This document shows positions 50,821-60,762 of a stretch of 60,762 nucleotides of DNA, piece by piece (the stretch's first letter is position 1; each line of letters begins with the position of its first letter). A program made the translations under genes and the position numbers. This DNA comes from Gracilinanus agilis (lineage: Eukaryota): the NCBI RefSeq assembly GCF_016433145.1, contig NC_058130.1, positions 601,714,283 to 601,775,044 on the forward strand, written 5' to 3'. The notes beneath the pieces were generated by a model. It was not told the origin of the DNA. It made no database searches and saw only the letters and a program-made list of their open reading frames with translations.

Positions 50821-52409
50821 AAGTGAGTCAAGCCTTAGTTAATCAAAAACTGACAAGGCAGTTTGAAAATCATCTGGTTCGTGTGTTTTCTCTCTCTCCC
50901 TACTCATTTTGATCTTTCCTTTGCTGAAAGTTGGGGGGGGGGGGAGTGGGGAAGAGATAAAAAAGAAAAAATTTGCTAACTTTGATAAACTTAAGGGAGT
51001 AATATAGATTAAAACAACTGGTTTAAATTCCATTTGAGGGATGATCTATAGACTTTTCTGTAAAATTTAACAGTTTTCAATGGATATTTAGCTATATACA
51101 TATCACGCACTTTTTTGGTGCCATAGATAAATACAAAATAATTTGAGGGAGGCAAGAACACAATAGAGATGCAAGAAATCAATTTAGTTATGGAATGATC
51201 ACAAGCCAGTGAGGGAGGCAGGAGGGGAAAAGCACTTATTAAGGTAAGACAAATCGTATTATTCCCATTTTATAGGGGAAGGAAACAAGCATTTATTAAG
51301 CACCTCCCATGTGTTGGGCATAACCTTATTTGATAATATTTCACAGATGAGGAAATCTGAAGTCACGCTATTAAGTTCCAGGACAAGGACATGGAATCTG
51401 ACCATGTTATAAAAGTGGCTAGGTATAATCTCCATCTATTAGAGACCAAACCATTCATCTTTCTGTCCATTGGTAGTGAAAAGAATACCCTATCTCAGGG
51501 CCATCTATTCTCCAATCTCTATCAATAACCAGCTTCTGTCCCAGAATCCTTCAACTCACAGGGGCCTCAAGTTCAACTGTAAAGAGAAGGGGTTAGGTGA
51601 GGGTAGTCTTTAGGGTCTCTTGGCTCTAAAACTGATTCTATCGTATCTATTTGACCTAAATCAACTCTCTCATCCTATGGATCTCTCTCCTTGGAACACT
51701 TAAAATACTTTGAACCAAGTTTAAGAATCTCTTGCAAAGAAATTAGGACTCAACTAAATTGGCTTGGACATTTTTTAGATACAAAAAAGGAGGCCTGCCA
51801 AAGTTAATCCTTCAAAAATCTAGGATATGTCCTGTCTTGGGCATGCTCACCCACCCATACTTATCTCTGATTCACTTGATATCCCAGGGTCAGGCCCATT
51901 TCTTCCTCAAGTTGATAGCTATCTTTTCAAAGTTGAGTCTTTTTGGCAAGTACTTTTACTAATATTAGGGATCTGAAACAGCTTGTTGCACAATTGATTC
52001 ATCAGCAAGCAAAGAGTCTATCTAAAGTTGGCTTGATCATTACACAAAACTTTGGTCAAAAGGATGAGTCAACTCAAATGTCTCCAGGATTGTGTGGTTT
52101 AGCAAGAGTTTGCCCAACCTGGGGCTCTTTAATTACAGTAGCACAGGTGTGCATGTGTATGTGTATAAATATATAATTTATACATATAAATATACAAATA
52201 TATGAATGCCAGCCTAGATATAGAAATCTTAACATTTCAACAGTTACTTTAGGATTAAGTATTTACTTACCCAGAAACAAAACTTTCCAAGTTTTAATCA
52301 TTATTGTTCTTGTTTCAGTTAAGTTGCCCAGAGGTTTGAGTCACTAGTGCTCTATAAATATATCTTCTATTCACCTGGTATTTGTTCCATACATATTTAC
52401 ATATGTATT

Positions 52410-52572
52410 AACCCTGAACAAGTCACTTACTCTTTGCCTCAGTTTCCTCATTTATAAAATGACCTAGAAAAGGAAATGACAAACCACTCCAGGATCTTTG
52501 CTGAGAAAACCCCCAATTAGATCACAACTGAACCAGAGTTGGGACATGACTGAAATGACTAAACAACAACAA
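52410..52572 (+). mobile_element. MAR1 3' part
   Basis: RTE-type tail ending (CAA)n. Confidence 0.8.
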
Positions 52573-53548
52573 AATGTTTTCTTTCCTGATGATATAAGTT
52601 CTTTAAGGACAGCAAAAATTTCATTTTGTCTATGTCCCCAGGGCCTATTACCTAAGTGGAAATTAAGAAATGCTTATTTATTCCTAAAAATATCTTAGGT
52701 CTTTCTTTTTAAAGAAATAGATTGTAATTTTACACACACCTCTTGCTGAACACACTGTAAAATGAAGTGGTCATTTTGAGACAAATAAGATAGCCCAGGC
52801 CAAGGGGGCAATGGGAGAAATATAAGAGATTTGGTTTTCGTATTCTGAATGGTTCAGTTACTAGAAATCTTAAAGTCTTTTTTGGTGGGAAGTGGGGAGG
52901 AAAGGGATAAGTTTTTTGTCTTAGACACCTCCTCCATCTCCTCCCCACCCCCAAACAAAAAAATAAGCCATGGCTGGAAATAATTCTGGTTTTATCTAAA
53001 GGGGACAGCGTACACCTCATCTCAAGTATGAAGGGGTTAAAAAAAAAAAAGCATTCGTGCATTATCTATTAAAGTCCTTCCAGGATTCATGGTAACTAAG
53101 AACTGCTGTTCATGATGTTTTCAGTGTTCATTGGCCTTGCTTCCTCTTCATGTGTGGTGAAGCTTGACAGGGCTACAAAATTAGTATTGAAAATCCAGAC
53201 TAGAGCTTTTCTCAAGAGAGCATCCATAGATATTAGCTCTGAAGAACCCTGCCTAAGTCTCTGCAGTTTGGGGAGCGAGGAGGGAGTTGTTCTGGCATAC
53301 TCCCCTTGTAAATGCAGAGTACAGTTTTACCCTTACATAATACACTTCCCCACTGCATTAGCCAGTCCTTCTGGATGAAAATCTCTATGGTGAAAACCCT
53401 ACCCCCTACAATAAGCCTGTGCACTCCGAAGGAGCGATGGCATGGTCCCTATTTGCTACCCTACTAGTTAAGTTCAATCCCTATCCAGGTAAACTCTGGA
53501 GGAGAAATGCTCTTTGAAGGCTATGAGAGTTTCGAAACCAAACCAGGC

Positions 53549-53580
53549 CTGGAAGAACTCTGGAAGAACCCTGGAAGGGC
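53549..53580 (+). repeat. 11-bp tandem repeat CTGGAAGAAC(T/C), about 3 copies
   Basis: Read directly; the third copy is degenerate. Confidence 0.85.
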
Positions 53581-53934
53581 AGTCAAAAGAGATCCGCACA
53601 AGACCAGTTCAGAACCATTCAATTACTAAACCATGCTCTCTGATGAGACCAAGTCTTCACAGAGGAGCCCAGAAAAGACTTAGGAATGAAGACTCAAGTC
53701 TCTCTGACAAATGCTGGCTGTATGCCCCTGGGCAATTCTTAAGACTGATCATTTCTAAACAGTGGTACATCAGCAAAGACAAGGAGTTTTCAGTTGCTGT
53801 AAGTGGAGGATATAGCATTGGGCCTGAAGTCAAGGAGGCCTGGGTTCAAGAAATTCAGCATCACACTTTTACTAGCCCTGTGACCCTGGACAAGTCACTT
53901 AACTCCTGTCTGCCTCAAGTTCCTCAACTGCAAA

Positions 53935-54150
53935 ATGTTGTTGTTCAGTTGTTTCAGTCATGTCCTATTCTTTGTGAGAAATACTAGAGTGGTTTGCCAT
54001 TTCCTGCCCCAACTCATTTGACAAAAGAGGACAAATAAGGTAAACAGGGTTAAGTGACTTCCCAGGGATACATAGCTAGGAAAAATATCTGAAGCAATAT
54101 TTGAAATTCAGGTCTTTCTGACTTCGGACCCAATGTCTACTATAACACTT
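53935..54150 (-). mobile_element. MAR1 inserted in a MIR (MIR pieces ~53800-53935 and ~54170-54265, +)
   Basis: TTGTTGTTCAGTTGTTTCAGTCATGTC tail; the MIR resumes on the other side. Confidence 0.8.
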
Positions 54151-54829
54151 TTTGCTGCTCTCTACTGCAAAACAGGGTTAGTGAAATTAGTCCCCCACTT
54201 CCCTGGGTTGTGGTAAGGATCCAATGAGAGAATATTGGTAAAGCACTTGGCACAGTGCCTGGCACATGGCAGGCATTTAATAAATGCTTGTTCTCTTCTC
54301 CCTGCAATCACTGTCTGGATTCCCCCGCAAAAAATTTCCCTACCCAAGTTAAAACTTATACTCTCTAAAGAGAGGGAGTAGAGGAGACATTTGACAAATA
54401 TGATAACCAGCAGAATGTAATAGGGGTAGAGAGGCAAGATTCCAGCAAGTATTTCAGGAAAACCTGAGAAGGCTGAACTCCTGTGGAATAAAGCAGAAGC
54501 AAATGTAAAAGTCCTGAATGGCCAGAAAGAAGAAAATTTCTTGCCAAGATGATGATATTATCTATGAGTTTGATTACATAAGAAACAATGCTCAGTCCAA
54601 GAGTCTAGCACTTCACCCTCAACTGAGGAGAAAAAAGGCAAATGAACAGAGTTGGCACTCTAGGTAACTAAGAGCCCCTTAGGTGCAACCCCAAGGTAGG
54701 TCTGTGAATGGAGGAGTGGCTTTATTTCCCTGACTCTCCTGATCTGTAAAGGAAAAGATTAGAGACAAGTAAGGTAGTCTCTAACAGCACTCCAGCAGCT
54801 TCCTGTTACCTCCAGAATCAAATATTTTT

Positions 54830-55150
54830 AAAATTCTTTTTGGCTTTTAAGTCCTTCATCACCTGGCCCCTTCCAATCTTTACCCCTTCTTCAAACCTCC
54901 TATAATCTAATCTCTCTTTCCATTCTCTCCCACTTGTTCTCCAAGTCTAGAAACAGGTCCCACTTAAAATCCCACCTTCTGCAAAAGCCTTTCAGAAAGA
55001 AGGATCTTCCCATTCTAATATTACCTCCAAATTTGTTTGTATTTACCTTTTTGGACTTTCTCTTACTCACTCTCTCTCTCAACTTGAGAGCAGGACTGTT
55101 TGCCTTCCTTGGTATCTCCAGCTCTTGGCACAGAGAGCCTGGCTAAGGCC
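54830..55150 (+). mobile_element. L2 3' end
   Basis: CCTTCATCACCTGGCCCC...TTGAGAGCAGGACTGT...CTTGGCACAG. Confidence 0.7.
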
Positions 55151-55565
55151 AGAAAGTAGGCTTTACAGGAAAAGATGAGGAGAGGAAATAAAAATCCAAG
55201 ATTCACCCCTAGAATTGCAGTCTCTTAATTCAACCCAAAACTCTGTGACTAAAGGAGCAATGAGCTGGGAAGAGCTCCTGATTTAAAACCAAACAAAAAC
55301 ATTTCAGGCTGATAGAAATCCAATAGCCCATAAATCTCTGTCCTTCCCCAAGACAAAGACAAACACCAGACTCCCACCCAAGCCAAACCTGTTCCTAAAG
55401 CTGACCTTTGCAACCCTTTTCACCTTTAAGGGTATCCAGAAAGTCCATTTTAACCTTATTTCACCTAAATAAGAATGGGGAAGGGTGAATAAGGAGGCAG
55501 ACAATGAGATCTGAGTCCTAGACCTATTTCCCAGGGTTCTGGTCTAAGATTAAACTGATCTAGAG

Positions 55566-55770
55566 AGAGCAAGGTAGCACAGTAGATAGAGCACCAGGCC
55601 TAGAGTTAGGAGGACCTGGGTTCAAATGTGGCCTCAGGACACTTCCTAGCTGAGTAACTATGGGCAAGTCATTCATTGCCCAGTCCTTGCTGCTCTTCTG
55701 TCTTGGAATAGATACTTGAATGCATTCTAAAACAGAAGATAAAGATTTTGTTTTGTTCTGTTTTGTTTTT
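55566..55770 (+). mobile_element. SINE1_Mdo-like
   Basis: Diverged head, CORE and tail. Confidence 0.8.
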
Positions 55771-57904
55771 TAAATCAAACATACAAAAACTAACCCAAAA
55801 GGTTAGTTTTCAGATTGTACAAATTGAAAAAGTTCAGGATTCAAGTAAAAACTCTAAGGAGTTTATCAGTGAGGAGACTGATTTCTATAGGCCCTTGGTC
55901 TCAATTTACTGAGCTGTAAAATGACAGATAGGACTAGATAATTATGAAACTCGTTTCCAGACTTCAATTCTCTGAGCCTAACCTATAACCTCTCAAACTC
56001 ACTAGAGAACAAATCTAACCACAGGTGCTAATGGGCACTGGGAATTGGGGAGAAGGGCCTGGACAACCTAAATTGGAAGGAGTAGGCCTGATTGGCAGCA
56101 GTCAACTCAGAGAGCTAAAACCTCCCCTTTTCCCTGGGGAAAATATGAAGGAGGCAGTAAGTCTCTGCTGCATGTCCTCAATGCAAGATGCCTCCAAACT
56201 TTGAGCAACTGGTTAACCTTTCTGGGCCACGGGTCAACGAGTGCCAACAAATATGCCATAAGGTGGCAACCTCTCTACCCCTCACCACCTGTGGGAACAA
56301 CTTGGAAACATTGAGGAGTCAATTATTCTATCTTTTCAGTTAGGTGGGAGAGAAACCAAACACCAGAAAAAAGATCCTAAAAAAAGATTTAATTAACAAA
56401 TGACTGAGTTACTCCCAAGTAGAGCACCAACAAGAGAGTCCATCACTTGCCACAGTCAAACCTGGCTAGAAGATGTCAGAGGCAGGTCCTGAACTCCATG
56501 GCCTTATATATACCTCATTGCCTGCACACTTGAGTGTATAGGCAGTTTACAAGTGGTGTTAAGATCAAACAATTAAATCACCAGACAGAGGTCTGAACTT
56601 AGGCTGGTTCACAGGTAACAGACAAGCTTATCCTGACATCAAGATCCCTTTTACAACCTGACAGGGTCTGCCAGAATTTATACTACGCCCGGCATGTCAG
56701 GGAGCCCCGGCTCACCACTTTGTCCCAGTGAGGCAATTCAACTAAGGCTTTTGCAGAACCCACACAAAACACATTTTCTTCTGGACAGAAGAAGTCTATT
56801 TCTCAGCAGACTTAATGGAAGAGCTTTCACAAAGTCTTAAAACAGTAAAATTTACTGGATGGAAGAAGATATTTCAGAATTTCCTGGGAGGTTATGATCT
56901 AAAGAAGGAGATAATACAAAATATACATAAAAGCAAAAAACATGGAAACAAGGACAAAGCTAATTATACCTTACAAAGATATATATCAGTGCTGGGTACC
57001 TAGCCTAGAGGCTAGAGAGGATCACAAGACAAGTGAGCAATTTGCTTGACTTGAGGAGCAGTAAAATGGGGGCAGGGAGGACGTGTAGAAAATGGAAGAT
57101 CTGTCTGGGGGGAAAATGCAGTAAGAAATTCACATTTTATTTCTGCTCATTTTAGAACAGCTACTACTAGCCACAAAAACCCAGCTCTGTTTTTTAAACA
57201 TACATTATGCTTCCTAACTATGATAAAGTGGACCCCCAATCAATCAATAACCATTTAGGCAACTACTATGATATCAAGACAACTATTTTCAAAAGAGCTG
57301 TGAATTTCCAAAGGAAATTACCAAGTATTTCTGCTCTTCCAAAAACAACTCACCACAACATCCAAGATACATCAGGAAAACTTTTAGCCCAGACAGAGGC
57401 TATCTCAATGAATATCTGAATGGCCATTCTTACAGAACCAAGTGTCCCCCTCCCTCCCCCACTTCCACATTCCACTACAAGTTACTTACTATTCTGCAAT
57501 CCAAGTTTAACAGGCTCTGGCTAGTGCTAAATAAAGCTTGACTTCTACGGAGCACTGATATTAGTACCAGGATTAGAACTATGCAGCCAAAAAAAAAAAA
57601 AAATCAAAGGCTGCATTTTCTGGATTGTTAATAACTACTGATTTTAAACAGATCTTCTAGATACTTTTTAATGCAGAAAGAAAACAATTATGCCCACTTT
57701 ATACAGAAGGAACTACAAATACAGTAATATGTAAAACAGCATGTAAATTTACCTCCTGTTACAGACTCTCTCTCATTCTTTATTCAAGTAAGTAGGTCAG
57801 CAGTCCAGCTCATACAGGTCAAGGGCAAACCACAGGCTGGATATGAATTTTCCTCTTTTTAAATGTCTTATTTAAGAGCATATTTGGTGGGAAGGGTGGG
57901 GGAA

Positions 57905-58098
57905 ACAGCTAGACAGCTCAGGGGATGGCTAGCCAGGTCTGAGGAGGTACCTGGGTTCAAATTTGACAGCAGATACTTCCTAGCTGAGAGACCCTGGGCA
58001 AATCACTTAACGCCCCCTCTCCTCCACTACCTAGCCCTTCTCTTGCTCTTCTGCCTTGGAGCTGATAGTCTAAGACAGAAAGTAAAGGTTAAAAAGAA
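57905..58098 (+). mobile_element. SINE1_Mdo-like
   Basis: Diverged head, CORE and tail. Confidence 0.8.
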
Positions 58099-58639
58099 AA
58101 TTGGACACATGGGAGAAAAAACCTGCCTTATTTTCAGTGTAAAGATATACTAAATGATCTTTCTGAAGGGAGAAAATTGAAATAACCTTTAGGGCAGGGT
58201 GCACACTAGGGTTAACCTTGAGGTTATTCTAAAACACCAGGAAGGGAGTTAACAACCCAGGCCTAGCAATGCAGTGGTTACTGGTTTGACATACTTTTGG
58301 GGTGGGGGTGTGGAGGGAGGGGATAACCAGGCATTCTCACCAAGTAACAACTCCTTCTGCTAGATAGGCAGGGGAAAGACTATTGGGACATAGGTCAATT
58401 ATTAGCCTAGTGTAAAAGCAGACCTAGGTAATAACCTTGATCAGGCTGTAGAGGTCTGAATTTTAATATTACATCCTTCAGGCTTTTTTCCTATTGCTTT
58501 TATTTGTTATATAACTTCATTTTCCTGTTTTGTTTCAGTAATCTACTTCAGCTTTTCACATCCATCTATTCACTAGTCTCTCTCCGCAGACAGTGTAGAT
58601 CCTGGCATAAAGAACATACATGGCCAAGGAAAAGGCTTT

Positions 58640-58970
58640 GCCTTAAGAACTATACAGGTACAAGTTCTCTTGTGCCTCAGTTTTCCCCTTCTGGAAAAAG
58701 GATCAAAGTAAATATAACATGACAATGCACGAGGAAAAAAAGGATTTTAATGTCAAAATGCTTCTTCATTTAATCACAGGTTTGCATATATGACTAGCTA
58801 TGTGATGCTAATTCCTGAGACCCTGGGGAGGTCACTTAAAAACTCTCAGAACCAGTTTCTTCATCTATAAAATGTTGATAATAACAGCATCTCACAGGAT
58901 GTTGTTGTAAGGATCAAAAAATGCAAAGTATGTAAAACTAATGCTGTATAATGTGAGCTATTATTATTTC
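58640..58970 (+). mobile_element. MIR fragments
   Basis: CCTCAGTTTTCCCC, CAGTTTCTTCATCTATAAAATG and GTAAGGATCAAA. Confidence 0.7.
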
Positions 58971-59996
58971 TAAACAAGAAGAGGATCAAAGGGCTAGCTC
59001 TGGGTGGATAGAATGAGGAAAGTTAAGTAACTACTCAACAAATCAAGAATTAATTTAGAAATTAATTAGGCACACTTTCTATAAGTAGGAAAAATTATCG
59101 TAGGGTGACAGGGGCACTAATTTACAACTCATTCAAGTGATGAAGCATACAAGGTAAAGCAGGATTTTTAAGGCAGGATACACAGAGGTGGACTCTAGCA
59201 ACTCCAACCCTCTTCAAGACTGGGAACTGTCCACTGGCAACTTCTACCAAGCAAGCTCAAGAACAAAAACCATCAAGATAGCAAAATATTCAACTCTTTT
59301 TTTTTTTTTTAAATCGTCCAAGTAGATCAGGGCATTGGGAAGCAAATGTTTAGTAGCCTAAAGACACTGGGATGGGAGTCGTGCCCGGCACAAGGGCACA
59401 ATTATGACCATGTGGCTTAGGGTTACAATGTACTTTATGAGTTTTTCAAGGTTGTCTTTGAATACAAAACAGAACAAATCATTTCCCCAAAGGTGTCTAT
59501 CGACAATTCACCCCCCACAAACTCTTGCAGTCTAGCCAAGCAGTAGAACCAAGGAAAAAACTGACAGACAGCAAAGTCAATTCTGCCTGGCCCATTTATG
59601 TCAGTTCTGTTCGAAAAAGAAGGCACTGAGGAATTTTAAACAAAATGTTGTCCCACTAATAATTGGAATGTGGTTAAGACAGCACCCAATGGTTGGAAGA
59701 CTTTGAAAAAGGGTCCCTTCCCACCAGCCCAAACACAAGCACACCCCAGAGACAAGGTCTGTAACCCAACTAAGATAAAAATTTCACTGGGCGGAAGTTT
59801 CCATTCTTTTTTTTTTTAACAAACCGGTAATGGAACAGAACTACCATAATAAGTACAATCCATCAGGGGGCCTGTGATGGAAAGAAGTAATCCAGTTGTG
59901 CAGGAAGGAGTTTCTTCTTTCCCCCCCCCCCCAACTGGACAGAGAGAAGGGTTCAAGACGTGGGATTTCAGATGTGCGGCTCTCTAGGTCGCTCAC

Positions 59997-60150
59997 CTGG
60001 TAGGGAATACTAGATAGCATCGGGTTTCGGAGAGGATGGCCGAAAGTGCAATCACCCCACGCACGCACACAAACACACCCCCCCAACACACGCCCACGCC
60101 ACGCGAGGCGGCAGCAGCCTTACACAGCAGCAGCAGTCGTCACCGCCCCT
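59997..60150 (-). other. Putative alternative first exon 1b
   Basis: Near-consensus donor CAG|GTGAGC at 59997/59996 on the inner edge of the CpG island; 5' boundary is a guess. Confidence 0.45.
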
Positions 60151-60300
60151 TGGCCGCCTGCACCTCCATTCCGCTCTCCCCACCCCCATATCCCCATACC
60201 CAGTTCCCAGTCCAGCCCCCGACGCTCCTGGAACCTCCCGCCTTACTTTTTAACGTCACCGGGAAGGAGGGAGGAAAAGATTCCACCCAAGCCCTTCCCT

Positions 60301-60314
60301 TTGTGACGTCACAA
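60301..60314. promoter_or_regulatory. Full CRE (TGACGTCA) inside a 14-bp palindrome
   Basis: TTGTGACGTCACAA; core at 60304-60311 matches the CREB/ATF consensus. Confidence 0.75.
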
Positions 60315-60417
60315 TGACAACAGAACGCGGCCCAGATCAGGGAGGGGGAAAGGAGGGAGGGAGTTCGGGGAAGGGGGCCGGGGAGGCAAAGAAGAGGGGG
60401 AGGGGGGGCACCCGCAC

Positions 60418-60610
60418 TGACGTTTCGCCGGCTTTAACCTGTTGCTCGCTAGCATGTTTGTACGACGGTCTAGGGGCCGGGCGGCGAGCAAGGTCCGGCG
60501 GTCCCCAGCAAACCAAGGGCAGGGGCAGCCGCCGCCGCCGTGGGCCACGGCCGCCATGCTCGAATCTGCGTGCGTGTCGGTTACTCGCTGCAGTTGTGCG
60601 TGAGCGCAGC
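60418..60610 (-). other. Putative first exon 1a; TSS and donor uncertain
   Basis: Lies downstream (minus strand) of the GC/CCAAT boxes. Candidate donors CAG|GTTAAA (exon end 60439) and TCA|GTGCGG (exon end 60418). Strong-Kozak ATG (AGCATGG) at 60557. Confidence 0.5.
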
Positions 60611-60762
60611 CCCCTCCCCCAATCCGCATCCGCCCCCCTCCCCCACCTTATTTCCCCCCTCCCCACGAGAAACCGTGTACGCGGCGGCGCGCTCGCACGC
60701 CGTCAAATCATCGGCTCCCAGCTTCCACCACCCTCCCCCCACCAATCCCCGGCCTTCCACCC

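Larger units (their letters stand above)
59950..60762 (-). promoter_or_regulatory. CpG-island promoter of an unidentified minus-strand gene
   Basis: Abrupt GC/CpG enrichment against a CpG-poor background. CCAAT at 60619-60623 and 60742-60746, GC box CCGCCC 60630-60635, YY1-like GCCGCCATGCT 60550-60560, donors on the minus strand. Confidence 0.9.

Noticed and set aside
53507-53629. Protein-looking 40-aa ORF MLFEGYESFETKPGLEELWKNPGRAVKRDPHKTSSEPFNY, and the 157-aa ORF 53514-53987
   Set aside because: No family recognised; contains an 11-bp tandem repeat (not a multiple of 3); the longer ORF runs into MIR and MAR1; antisense to the inferred host.
60400-60620. Naming the host gene
   Set aside because: The architecture fits many broadly expressed genes with long first introns; I do not recognise the sequence well enough to give a symbol.
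60036-60666. Several 86-109 aa ORFs on both strands
   Set aside because: Expected in GC-rich islands, which have few stop codons; low-complexity and unrecognised.

Overview
Marsupial genomic DNA, most likely opossum (Monodelphis-type), judged from SINE1_Mdo-, MAR1- and L1_Mdo-like repeats and strong CpG depletion. Repeat family names are from recall, not a database search. The right end (~59,950-60,762) is a CpG-island promoter with CCAAT, GC-box, YY1-like and several CRE/ATF sites, and its splice donors face leftwards. The rest of the window therefore reads as the long 5' intron region of an unidentified minus-strand gene. I recognise no host protein-coding exon; the only real protein remnants in the ORF track are L1 ORF2 pieces, with a decayed RTE remnant visible outside the track. 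I found no convincing new multi-gene system. The most interesting signals are two hAT MITEs with intact ends (one OC1-like, nested in a SINE), a 12:2 antisense bias of SINE1 copies that may be explained by a splice donor in the SINE tail, a 42-bp spacerless palindrome, an orphan CpG cluster at ~37.5 kb, and candidate alternative first or 5'UTR exons.
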